From Candidatus Latescibacterota bacterium (lineage in GTDB: Bacteria; Latescibacterota; UBA2968; GCA-2709665): DNA of 64,000 nucleotides. This document shows, piece after piece, positions 1-9,356 of the stretch. The stretch covers positions 1,888,001 to 1,952,000 of the forward strand of contig OZ250150.1 of assembly GCA_965237675.1 (NCBI GenBank). The letters are read 5' to 3'. The first letter of the stretch is position 1, and every line of letters starts with the position of its first letter. Made by a program: the position numbers and the translations under genes. Below the pieces are notes generated by a model. The model searched no databases and was not told the DNA's origin. It worked only from the letters and a program-made list of their open reading frames with translations.

Positions 1-1
1 C

Positions 2-859
2 GAGCAGATCTTTATTGAAAACCGGATTTACAAACGCATCGAAGAGGAAACCACCTCGGAGAAGGTCTACAGTGCCGTGTTCGACGGGCTGAAACCCTAC
101 CAGGAGAGCATCGGGGCGGAAGTATCACGGGAGGACGTGGAGAACCTGCTCAAGATCCCGATCCGGCGCATCTCGCTCTACGATATCAACAAGGCCGAGG
201 CGGAAATGCAGGATATCCACGGGCGCCTCAGGGAGGTCCGCGCCGACCTGCGCGGCATCCATGCGTTCGCGGTTGCGTTTCTCGAGGGCATCATCAAGAA
301 ATATCGCAACGATCACCCCCGAAAAACCGAGATCGCAAGCATCCAGAAGGCCGATGTTCGGGAGGCCGCCCAGCGCATTCTCAAGCTGCGCTACGATAAG
401 AATACGGGTTACCTGGGCCACCAGGTCAATGGCGGCGCCCTCTTCGACGTGTCTCCGTACGACCGTGTTCTGGTGATCCGTAAAACCGGCACGTACTCCG
501 TGATGGACGCTCCCGAAAAACTCTTCGTGGACAAGGGCATGCTTTTCTGCGAATTTGTGGACGAAGACCGCGTCTACAATCTTCTCTACAAGGAGAACAA
601 AACCGGATATCTCTACATAAAACGGTGCAGAATCGACAGATTCATCCTGAACCGGGGATATGAATTGGCGCCCGAAGGCTGCCGAATCATGAAACTCACG
701 ACCGACTCCAACCGCACCGTCCAGGCCCGTTTCAAACCCAGGCCTCGTGTGAGAATCACCGAAGAGGAATTCGTCATCGCAGACTATCCCGTTCGCGGCA
801 ACAAAGCCAGGGGAATTCGCCTGGCCAACCGCGAGATCCAGACCGCCAAGTTCACCTGA
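2..859 (+). CDS. parC: DNA topoisomerase IV subunit A (GyrA/ParC family), C-terminal part, 5'-truncated by window edge
   Basis: Frame open from base 2 (EQIFIENRIYKRIEE...LLKIPIRRISLYDI...VRGNKARGIRL), typical of the short-CTD Bacteroidetes/spirochaete-type topo IV A subunit. Confidence 0.8.
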   Translation, partial: EQIFIENRIYKRIEEETTSEKVYSAVFDGLKPYQESIGAEVSREDVENLLKIPIRRISLYDINKAEAEMQDIHGRLREVRADLRGIHAFAVAFLEGIIKKYRNDHPRKTEIASIQKADVREAAQRILKLRYDKNTGYLGHQVNGGALFDVSPYDRVLVIRKTGTYSVMDAPEKLFVDKGMLFCEFVDEDRVYNLLYKENKTGYLYIKRCRIDRFILNRGYELAPEGCRIMKLTTDSNRTVQARFKPRPRVRITEEEFVIADYPVRGNKARGIRLANREIQTAKFT

Positions 860-948
860 ACCCATCCACAGGGCCGGAAGCGGAACGGGAGACACGACCG
901 GACGTGCCTCCTTTTTCATCTCCCCGCGCAACGAAATGAGAGGCCTAT

Positions 949-1713
949 ATGTCACCGAAACCCCTTGCGGATCTCCTCGACCTGTCCGGGCAGGTCGCCA
1001 TCGTCACCGGCGCCAGCCGGGGCATCGGCAAAAGCATCGCCGAGGTCTTTCACCAGGCGGGCGCCAGCCTCACCCTGGTCGCGCGCAATGCCGGCCCGCT
1101 GAAAGCGGTCGCCGATACGCTTTCGGCCCGCGGGGACGTGCTCGCCGCTCCGGCCGACGTTGCGGACGAGTTGCAGATCGACGTCTTTGTTCAAAGGACC
1201 CTGAAGACGTTCGGCCGCGTCGACATACTGGTCAATAACGCGGGCCTGGTGAGCCCGGGTCCCTATACCGGCGTCGACCCGGGCGAGTGGCAGCGGGTGA
1301 TCGGCGTGAATCTCACGGGCGCGTATCTCTGCTGCCTGGCGGCGGCCCCCCACATGGAAAAACGGAAAAGCGGCCGAATCATCAACATTTCGTCCATCAG
1401 CGGCCAGACCGGCGGCGTCTCCGGCGGGGTCCACTACGCCAGTTCCAAGGCCGGTATGCTCGGCATGACCAAAACCCTTTCCCGCGATCTGGCCTCGAGC
1501 AACGTCACGGTCAACGCCATCACGCCGGGCGTCATCGAAACCAGCGTTGAGATCTCTCCGGAAAACCGTATCAGAATCAATGAACTTATACCCCTGGGTT
1601 ATATCGGGAAACCCGAGGAAATCGCCTATTCGGCCCTCTTCCTGGCCTCGCGGATGGGCGCGTATATCACCGGCGCCACGATCGACGTGAACGGCGGGAT
1701 TCTGAAGCGATAA
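949..1713 (+). CDS. Short-chain dehydrogenase/reductase (FabG-like)
   Basis: TGASRGIG, NNAG and YASSK motifs. Confidence 0.93.
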   Translation: MSPKPLADLLDLSGQVAIVTGASRGIGKSIAEVFHQAGASLTLVARNAGPLKAVADTLSARGDVLAAPADVADELQIDVFVQRTLKTFGRVDILVNNAGLVSPGPYTGVDPGEWQRVIGVNLTGAYLCCLAAAPHMEKRKSGRIINISSISGQTGGVSGGVHYASSKAGMLGMTKTLSRDLASSNVTVNAITPGVIETSVEISPENRIRINELIPLGYIGKPEEIAYSALFLASRMGAYITGATIDVNGGILKR

Positions 1714-1717
1714 AAGA

Positions 1718-1749
1718 AGCTATCAGCTATCAGCGGTTAGCTGTCAGCT
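1718..1749 (+). repeat. Heptad tandem repeat (AGCTATC-type)
   Basis: AGCTATC AGCTATC AGCGGTT AGCTGTC AGCT; related copies at 5652-5683, 9077-9093 and (reverse) 21088-21120. Confidence 0.85.
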
Positions 1750-1887
1750 AAAAACGAAAGGCAAAAGGCGGATTGCCATACGGACTGGCGATGCCAATGC
1801 ACGACGACCGCGGGCGGGGGGACCTCTCCCCCCGGCCCCGCGCCGAGCGGCGCCCGTCGCGAGAAACCCCTGAAATTGGAGATTGAT

Positions 1888-3078
1888 ATGACAACTCAAC
1901 AAGCGGAGTGGACGCCTGGTATCGAAACGTTCGACTCACTACTGTCGCGGATCAAGTCAAAACCCGAGGAGGTGCGGTGGACAGACATCGCCTGGGAAAC
2001 TGACCTCTGGAAAGCCCGACGGCGCGCGGCTGCCGTGCGCAGACCGCTGTTTATCTGGTCGATGAACGGCAACCCGCTCGGCTGCGTCTGAAACAACGGT
2101 ATCGCGGGCCGTGAGTCCGTCTTCTCCCATCCGGAGGTGATCCGGATCCTCAACGAATCTTTCGTATCCGTTGCGGACAATTGCAGTTATACCCAGACCC
2201 AGAAAGACGCCAAGGGCGAGTTCTTCCGCCTCGTGGCCGAACAGGGCCATTACGGAGGCCGCACCCAACCCACGGCAACCCGGCAGGGCCTGTACGCCTG
2301 CACGTCGGACGGCGAGTTGCTGGGGTCCATAAACACGCGGGATGCCGGCCCGTTCCTGGAGCTGCTTGAGCGGAGCCTGGTAAGGTGGCGAGAACGCCCG
2401 GACAACGGCGCAGCGGGTGAAATCCCTGAAACCTATCCCATCGATCCCAGACTCGGATGGTCCTATCCGGAAAACGGCCTGGCGCTCAAAGTCACGGTTC
2501 GGGACCTGCCGCGGAATTCCGAAGACCTCGACACACGGCACAACATCGACTTCGCGTGGTTTACCGAAGAGGAGGTCCGGTCTCTGGTGCCTGAGAATGC
2601 CCGGCCCGGCCAGACGCATCGCGCACCGGGCTGGTTTACCAGGCGTCTCGCCCTGCGCCACTTCATCGACACGGTTCGCGGGCAATCGCCCGGATGGCGG
2701 GAAGAAAACCTGAAAGAAGGCGAGATAAGCCTGACCGTCGAATCCACCGAATCCGACCGCATTCGTCTCCGCCTGGAGGGTCGCATCCACCTGGAAGCGG
2801 AACCCACGCTCGAGAGCAATCCCTTCAGCGGCCTGACCGTGGACAAGCCCCGGGGGCTGAAGCTGAGCCTGTTCGGCCACCTGACATACAATCCCGGGCG
2901 GCAGCACATAGAGGCCTTCGATGCGGTCGCCGCCGGGCCCCGCTGGGGCTGTACGACCTACAATGTCCGGTTCGACGACCCCGGCCCCGCGCCCATCGGT
3001 TTCGCCTTCGAACGCGGGTCGGGCGATCCCATCGAACGGACCCCTCCCGCTGCGATGGGGCCGAGGTACTTTGCTTAA
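1888..3078 (+). CDS. Putative selenoprotein with thioredoxin-like N-terminal domain (C-V-U), in-frame UGA at 2089-2091
   Basis: ORFs 1876..2091 and 2137..3078 share a frame and are separated only by TGA; read-through gives WETDLWKARRRAAAVRRPLFIW..GNPLGCV(U)NNGIAGRESVFSHPEVIRILNESFVSV, a continuous Trx-like pattern; GGAGA RBS before ATG 1888. Confidence 0.8.
2104..2120 (+). promoter_or_regulatory. Candidate bacterial SECIS hairpin
   Basis: GCGGGC-CGTGA-GTCCGT stem-loop starting 12 nt after the UGA, with G at loop position 2. Confidence 0.6.
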
Positions 3079-3142
3079 CGACTCTTTTTGAGATGCAGGA
3101 TAAGGATCGGATGGTCCCTGCGACCGGTAGTGCAGGGATATG

Positions 3143-3179
3143 CCAAAAGCGCCTCGGTGAAGAGCCGAGGCGCTTTTGG
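3143..3179. terminator. Bidirectional intrinsic terminator-like hairpin
   Basis: CCAAAAGCGCCTCGG-TGAAGAG-CCGAGGCGCTTTTGG perfect 15-bp stem downstream of the selenoprotein gene; degenerate copy at 3601-3639. Confidence 0.7.
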
Positions 3180-3263
3180 TGGCAACTATACTGCTTTATT
3201 CGCGAATCATTCATCTCAGCCTCCACAATGACTTGCCGAGGCGTTGAGGAAGTGGGTTTGAAG

Positions 3264-3387
3264 GTGGGGCAGACATTCCTGTCTGCCCTTCTAACGGTCC
3301 TTCCGCCGGGCTGCGGACAGAATAACCCATGTCGCACCGCAGCCGCGGACAATGGGGAGTAGGGGCAGGTTTCAAACCTGCCCCTAC
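3264..3387. repeat. Two REP-like palindromes
   Basis: GTGGGGCAGACATTCCTGTCTGCCC and GTAGGGGCAGGTTTCAAACCTGCCCCTAC (3359-3387), GTAG/GTGG-type REP hairpins. Confidence 0.75.
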
Positions 3388-3774
3388 GGTTGGAGTATCG
3401 GGACGCACCTCATGCTGGCATCGAGCCAGATTGTTCCGGCCTGCGAGGCAGCACAACGGTACCCACCTCAGGTGCGGTATCCATGGATAGGCGCGAGCTT
3501 CCAGGCCGCTCCCTGAAATTGTCGATGCGCTCGCGTTTCGCTGCACTTCGACAGTCTGGCCTCAATCGGATGGTCTCTGCGGCCAATATTGCGGCTATAT
3601 ACTAAAAGCGCCACGATGAAGAGCTGAGGCGCCTTTAGTATATATCGGTGCATTTCTTCTCGGACCGCAAGTCCAAGAATCATAGGGTCAATATATAGTC
3701 ATTGTGGATTTTTAAGTCTCGTGAAATTCTTGATTTTTGGAATATCGCCAGGTAAACTCGCAATCCCTCTGTGT

Positions 3775-3896
3775 GGGGGTACCCATCCATTGATGCCCCT
3801 TAAACGGTTGGCCCCCGCATTACGTGCATGTCTACCGTTTAGATGCGTCCATCTAAGGTCGACATGTCTTTGGATGGGTGACGTAACGCGGGGGCC
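3775..3896. ncRNA. Unassigned highly structured RNA-like element with possible pseudoknot
   Basis: Nested stems 3810-3825/3881-3896, 3826-3836/3857-3867 and 3839-3845/3850-3856; bulge TGGATGGGT (3871-3879) is complementary to ACCCATCCA (3781-3789). Confidence 0.45.
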
Positions 3897-4492
3897 TAGA
3901 TTTCTGTACTAACTCCAAGGTGATATTATATATACCCAACATTACTTTGCTGTCAAGTGTTTTTTGTCGGAACAACCCCATTCTCAAGAGGAAAAGCGGT
4001 AAGTCTCTTGATTTCAAAAGCATTCTCTGAAGTAGAATATGGCGAATTTCAACGCTGTCTCGAATCGCTTGCTCGACATCTTCCTTGGGATATTGATCGT
4101 AAACTTATACATCGACGGAACAGGACATGGTACGCCTCCCAACGATGTAAATTGCCGACTGGTTTTCGGGCAACGTAATTCAGCCTGGCCCTACGGTTGT
4201 CTACGGTCCCTCTATTCTGAACCTCGATTTCCCCGGGTCTGCCCTCAGCATGGGTGGCAGGTGACCGTTCAATCCCATCCGTCGAAGCACTTCACCGCAG
4301 ATTCGACTGTTCAGGGCGAAGCTGCCCAGGCCGAGGAGACTCGCCGGAGCTCCGCGGACGATCCGTCAAACTCGAGAAGGAAGTCACGATCCGAGAATTG
4401 GGTGAGACTGCGCGGAAGTTCAGTCATGACGCTCCGATCGGGGCCGTCGTCGCCTGGGGGCCGGCACGGCCTCCTCGATACGTTGTACACGG

Positions 4493-5512
4493 TCAGCCTT
4501 TCCGGTCTCCGCCGTTTCTGTACCTCGCCTGCCGGTCCGCCGCCTCCAGCCTTTTACCGTAGTTGTCGCTCGCCGCGTCGAGCTTCCCGCGCACGTCTGC
4601 ATGCAGCTTCAGTGCCGCACCGGCCAGTATTTCGTCCACGTGGTCCGTACTCTCGGGGCCGGCCAGCACCGACGTCACCTCCGGGCGGTCCAGCACCCAT
4701 GCGACGCATATCTGTGCCCGGCTGACGTCCAGCTTTCCGGCGGCCTCGTCCAGCGCGGCATGCATCCCCGCCAGCGGGGAACCCGGATCTGCTTCGTACC
4801 GGGGCGACAGCCGGCCGGCGTCCATCGGGCTGAACGCGATCAGCCCGAGTCCCAGGGCGCGTACGACCGGAAACATCTCGCGCTCCAGCTTTCGGACCCT
4901 CGACTTGCCATCAGGTGTGAGGGAATATCCCGACACCGTGTAATAGTCCTCGATAACGGACGGCGGACTGCCGCCGGCCTCCCGGCCCAGAGCACAGCAT
5001 TCCGCCACACTTGCCGCCTCGTGGTTGGACACGCCCCAGAAGCGCGCTTTCCCCGATCGGACGAGATGATCCATAGATTCACAGATCTCCTCCGCCGGGG
5101 TCTTCCCGTCCGGCTGATGGAGCAGGTAGAGATCGACGAAATCGGTGCGCAGACGCTTCAGCGATCCCTCGAGCTGGCGCGTCAGATACTCCCGCGTGAA
5201 GTTCGGTGGTTCACCCACCGCTCCTCCACTCTCCGGAGGACCCCTTGCCGGTACCTTTGTGCATATGACGGCCTCGTCCCGCCGGCCCTCCAGCACTTTT
5301 CCGAGCAACTCCTCCGAGCCGCCCCATCCGTACGCGTAAGCCGAGTCGAAGAAGTTCACGCCCACGTCCAGGCAATGGCGTAGCACCCGCTCCGCCTCCG
5401 GATCGCGCGCGCACCGCTCCAGGTGACGGAAGGCGGTGCCCTGGCAGTACCGCGTCACCAGGAGATCGGTTAGCCCCAACCGTACGGGCGTCTGTCGCGA
5501 AGAACGTCCCAT
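4493..5512 (-). CDS. Aldo/keto reductase
   Basis: FFDSAYAYG, ICTK and SLKRLRTDFVDLYLLHQPD motifs. Confidence 0.9.
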   Translation of the reverse strand: MGRSSRQTPVRLGLTDLLVTRYCQGTAFRHLERCARDPEAERVLRHCLDVGVNFFDSAYAYGWGGSEELLGKVLEGRRDEAVICTKVPARGPPESGGAVGEPPNFTREYLTRQLEGSLKRLRTDFVDLYLLHQPDGKTPAEEICESMDHLVRSGKARFWGVSNHEAASVAECCALGREAGGSPPSVIEDYYTVSGYSLTPDGKSRVRKLEREMFPVVRALGLGLIAFSPMDAGRLSPRYEADPGSPLAGMHAALDEAAGKLDVSRAQICVAWVLDRPEVTSVLAGPESTDHVDEILAGAALKLHADVRGKLDAASDNYGKRLEAADRQARYRNGGDRKG

Positions 5513-5690
5513 ATTCAAAGAAGCCCTATCGTCCGAACACGGCGGTCCAGCTGTTCATCGAGCGTTCGGGGTTCCCCCGTACTTTCAGGAAGAGGATAAG
5601 GGGGTAGATCTCGTCTGAGCCGGGACCTCTCCCCCCGGCTCCCTCGGATAAAGCTATCAGCTATCAGCCGTAAGCTGTCAGCTAAAGGCG

Positions 5691-5872
5691 GGACCTCTCC
5701 CCCCAGCCCCCTCTCCTAAAGGAAAGGGGGAGGTAAGCTGAGCGTTGCCTTACCGGTGTCTTGAATACGCTCTGATTGATAGGAAAACGCCATCTCGGCA
5801 CGTTCGCAGGCCCAGTACGTCGACCCATCACCGTTCCCCCTTCCTTCAGGAAGGGGGTTAGGGGGTAGGTCA
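5691..5872. repeat. Non-coding repeat bounded by DUF559-associated-type palindromes
   Basis: GGACCTCTCCCCCAGCCCCCTCTCCTAAAGGAAAGGGGG ... CCCCTTCCTTCAGGAAGGGGGTTAGGGGGTAGGTC; shares ends and an internal segment with 27924-28177. Confidence 0.7.
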
Positions 5873-5966
5873 CGTCGCTACGTCCTTGACACCGCGCGTC
5901 GTCTGTGGCTTTATATGTTCCGTCATCCGGTCCGACCGACGTCGTCACCAATCAAGGAGCCTCTCC

Positions 5967-6947
5967 GTGAACGTCCCACCCAAAGACGGCATACGCGTTC
6001 CCGTCGAAGACCTGCGGCGTCTCGTATCCGGGATCTACGAGGCCGTCCCCGTGCCTTCCGAGCATGCCGGCCTGATCGCCGATCTGTTGGTCGACACCGA
6101 ACTTCGCGGCGTGGTCAGCCACGGCGTGGCCCAGGTGGAGCGATACGTCCGCTCGTTCCAGGAAGGCCGCGCCAATCCCGATCCGTCCATCCAGGTCCTT
6201 CACGAGGGCCCGACGACCGCCGCACTCAACGGGGACGGCGGTCTCGGAATGATCGTCGCCACCCGGGCGATGCAAATGGCCATTGCCAAAGCCAAAGAAC
6301 TCGGCATCGGCGTGGTCACCACCATCTATCACGACCATCTGGGAAGTTCGGGGAAGTACGTGCGGATGGCCCTGAAGGAGGACCTCATCGGCATCAGCCT
6401 CTCCGGTCGGAGCGCCGCCCCGTCCTACGACCACGCCAACAGCATCCGCGGCTCGATCCAGGGCAGTCCGCCGCTGGCCTTCGGGATGCCCGCGGGCCGG
6501 GGGCATCCGAATTTCCTGCTCGACTACGCGAGCCATTTCGCGGCGGATGACGAAGAGGTTCGCAAGAATCCGGCGGTTTTCGTGAAGGCCTTGGGCATGT
6601 CTCACGTGGCCAACATCCTCTCAGGGACCCTGGGGGGACAGATGCTGCCCGAATTCGACCGCCGATCCGTGAAGTTCCAGGGCGCCGACCAGTCCGGATT
6701 CCACATGGCGCTGGACGTGAACTGCTTCACCTCTCTTGACGCCTTCAAGGCGGACATGGACTACCTGATGGACGAGACGGCGAAGATGCAGCCTCTGCCC
6801 GGACTCAAGGACGCGGGTCTGCCGGGAACGAGGGCCTGGCGAAAAGAGGCCGACTATCGGGAGAACGGCGTTCCCATTGCCGCAAAGGCCGTAACGTCAC
6901 TCGAGGGCCTGGCCCGCGAGTTCTCTCTCCCGGTCCCCTGGAAGTAG
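5967..6947 (+). CDS. Ldh_2 family (malate/L-lactate/sulfolactate dehydrogenase-like) oxidoreductase
   Basis: LRGVVSHGV and NGDGGLG motifs; GTG start after AAGGAG. Confidence 0.88.
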   Translation: MNVPPKDGIRVPVEDLRRLVSGIYEAVPVPSEHAGLIADLLVDTELRGVVSHGVAQVERYVRSFQEGRANPDPSIQVLHEGPTTAALNGDGGLGMIVATRAMQMAIAKAKELGIGVVTTIYHDHLGSSGKYVRMALKEDLIGISLSGRSAAPSYDHANSIRGSIQGSPPLAFGMPAGRGHPNFLLDYASHFAADDEEVRKNPAVFVKALGMSHVANILSGTLGGQMLPEFDRRSVKFQGADQSGFHMALDVNCFTSLDAFKADMDYLMDETAKMQPLPGLKDAGLPGTRAWRKEADYRENGVPIAAKAVTSLEGLAREFSLPVPWK

Positions 6948-6967
6948 GGTCCAGGCTCAGCAGGTCT

Positions 6968-7762
6968 TCAGAATTCCGCCGTCTCATCCGGCTCCAGCAC
7001 GATCGCCTCGACGTCCGGCGCGTGGACCTTCAACGCCTCGAGAAAATTGTCCGGCGTCTGGTCCATCACCTCGAAAACGCCGTAGTGGGCCGGAATCACA
7101 TACTTCGGGTCGATCATCTTCACCGCGTAGCCGGCGCTGTCCCCTCCAACCGTGAACCCACCCCCGCAGATATTCAGGATCGCCAGGTCGGGCTTGTAGT
7201 AGTCGCCGATCACGAGCTTCAGGTCCGAGCACAGCCCCGTGTCCGACGAGATGTAGACCTTGAACCCGTTCTCGAACTCCACCACGAAGCCGATCGGATC
7301 CCCGATGTCCCGGCCCTTCAACCTGCCGTTATCGAGCAGTTCGATCTCCGAGGAGGTATGCTCGCAGTGCACGCCCGACACTGCGATCCCGTCGATCGGG
7401 GGCAACGTGCCGCGGTTCATCCCGAATCCTCCGTTGCAGAAATTCTGGAGGTCCGTGTGCTCCCGGATGTAGACCGCGGTCTCCACGGGAGTGAGGATGA
7501 TCGGATCAAACCGTTCCGCGATCGCGACCAGGTCATTCAGGTTCAAATGGTCGAAATGCGCGTGCGTCTGCAGGACGATATCCACGTTGCCGAACGCACC
7601 CACGTCCTCCCTGTACTTCTCGGGAACCGCCGGATTCCCATCCGGGAAGAAGTCGTTTCCCGAGAGCCAGGGGTCCACCAGAAGCACCTTCCCGTTCGGC
7701 GACGTCAGCTTCAGTGTCGCGAACCCGATCATCTGCACCTGCACCTTACCGTTGCCAGCCAT
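6968..7762 (-). CDS. Metallo-beta-lactamase-fold metal-dependent hydrolase (UPF0173-like)
   Basis: VDPWL, THAHFDH, SSDTG and IPAHY motifs. Confidence 0.9.
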   Translation of the reverse strand: MAGNGKVQVQMIGFATLKLTSPNGKVLLVDPWLSGNDFFPDGNPAVPEKYREDVGAFGNVDIVLQTHAHFDHLNLNDLVAIAERFDPIILTPVETAVYIREHTDLQNFCNGGFGMNRGTLPPIDGIAVSGVHCEHTSSEIELLDNGRLKGRDIGDPIGFVVEFENGFKVYISSDTGLCSDLKLVIGDYYKPDLAILNICGGGFTVGGDSAGYAVKMIDPKYVIPAHYGVFEVMDQTPDNFLEALKVHAPDVEAIVLEPDETAEF

Positions 7763-7924
7763 TTTTGTGTCTCCTTTCATATCGAAGCGCCAGGTCCGCG
7801 TGTCCGTCGGAGATGAGTCTGAAAACGTCCGTATCCTCACTGTTCAGGACGCGACCGACGCGTCAGGCGGCGCTTCACCCCGTGGCTGCGAGCCTTTCTG
7901 ATTCCGCTTCCCGCTTCACTTTCT

Positions 7925-9046
7925 TTACCGGAACCAGTCATAGTGCAGCCCGAGAGACCGGTCTTCGAGAGGCAGTTCGACGCGCTCTCCTCCACGCGCC
8001 GAAGACTGCTTCAACGCGACCTCGACCTCCAGGGCGACGGCGATCCGACGCCCCGAGTTTTTCGGCTCGTCGAGACGGCCTTCCATGCAGTCGATCACGT
8101 CGTTCAGCGAGTAGACCGCGCCGTACGGAAACACGATCTGGGGTTCCGGCCACGGCATCTCGACGCGATCGTTACCGGTCGTCTCAAGCTGCTGTCTAAG
8201 GTGCCATCGACGGTCTGCCCCGAACTCGATCTCTCCCGTGCTCCCTTCCAGGCGGACCCCCGGAGCGCCCGTGCGAAAATGCACTACCGTCTGATCCGCC
8301 GTGACCATGATTCCCTGGCCGGTGAATTCGTCGCTTCCTCCGGGACCGCCGAACTCGTCGGTGCCCTCTCCCCGACGGGGGAGGTCTCCGATTCCCGAGA
8401 CCCAGGCCGGCGCGCTGTCCAGGAAATACGACCAGTTCTGATGTTGAGCGAATGGTCCGGGCGCCTCGATCGACTGGATCTCCCCGATGGCCCCGCTCTG
8501 AACCCGTTCTCTGGCTTTAGCGAAAGAGGGGTGGGTCGTCGTGATCGCGCCACAGCTGAGGGGGACGCCCGCATCTGCGCACGTGGCTACCATGCGGTCC
8601 GCTTCCTCGAGCGTGTGACACATCGGCTTGTCCGTAACGATGCCCTGTGCACCGCACGCCACGGCCAGGCACGTCAGATCGGCGCGTCCCTTCGTATTCG
8701 TGGCGACGGCCACGATGTCCGGACGCTCGGCGCGCAGCATCTCTTCGGCATCCGTGTAGGTCGCCTCGATCCCGTAGCGCTCGCTGAACGCCGCGAGCCG
8801 TTTCGGGTCCCGGTCGGCTGCCGCCGCCAGTTCCACCTCGGGCCGGTCGTGCAGCGCCTCCGCATAGGAGGTTGGATTTCCCTCGGTGCCCGGATGTTCG
8901 TGGTGGTAGAATCGGCGATGGACGTCCAGTCGGGGCGTCGGACGGTCCACGTCTTCGATGTCGAACCGGTTCGGGATGCGGGTCGCCAGATCGTAGAGCA
9001 TGCCCATCCAACCCAGACCGATCACTCCCGCTCTATATTTCGCCAT
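7925..9046 (-). CDS. Gfo/Idh/MocA family oxidoreductase
   Basis: GVIGLGWMG Rossmann motif and DKPM (EKP variant). Confidence 0.88.
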   Translation of the reverse strand: MAKYRAGVIGLGWMGMLYDLATRIPNRFDIEDVDRPTPRLDVHRRFYHHEHPGTEGNPTSYAEALHDRPEVELAAAADRDPKRLAAFSERYGIEATYTDAEEMLRAERPDIVAVATNTKGRADLTCLAVACGAQGIVTDKPMCHTLEEADRMVATCADAGVPLSCGAITTTHPSFAKARERVQSGAIGEIQSIEAPGPFAQHQNWSYFLDSAPAWVSGIGDLPRRGEGTDEFGGPGGSDEFTGQGIMVTADQTVVHFRTGAPGVRLEGSTGEIEFGADRRWHLRQQLETTGNDRVEMPWPEPQIVFPYGAVYSLNDVIDCMEGRLDEPKNSGRRIAVALEVEVALKQSSARGGERVELPLEDRSLGLHYDWFR

Positions 9047-9076
9047 AGTTTCTCCTATCGTTATGCTTCAAAAACA

Positions 9077-9186
9077 AGCTATCAGCGGTCAGCAAAAACA
9101 GCAAGAGGCAAGACGCGAGACAAAGCGAAAACCAAAGGCGGGGGCGGCGGGGCCCTCTTACCTCTTACGTCTACCCTCTCACCGAT
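9077..9186 (+). repeat. Composite heptad-repeat element
   Basis: AGCTATC heptads, GCAAGAG/GCAAGAC heptads and CCTCTTA heptads ending CTCTCACCGAT; inverted relative at 20882-21120. Confidence 0.7.
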
Positions 9187-9356
9187 CAAAGCGAATCCGG
9201 TTATCCACGTCAAAACATGCTGGTGTTCCTGCCGTGCATCCTGTATGGTATACATTTCTGCTATGCACATCACAGGCCTTTTCCCGGGCCCTTTCGAAGA
9301 CGGTCCGAATCCGCGGGTTCCGGAAGGCGTCAATCCTCACGCCAGGAGTTACAATC

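Noticed and set aside
3775-3896. Known riboswitch identity (ZTP, c-di-GMP, SAM) for the structured element
   Set aside because: Topology loosely recalls ZTP, but the conserved nucleotides of these classes are absent and no fitting downstream gene is seen
3954-4129. Possible small minus-strand gene after GGAGG (MSCSVDV*VYDQYPKEDVEQAIRDS...)
   Set aside because: Early stop codon and no recognisable homology; cannot be supported
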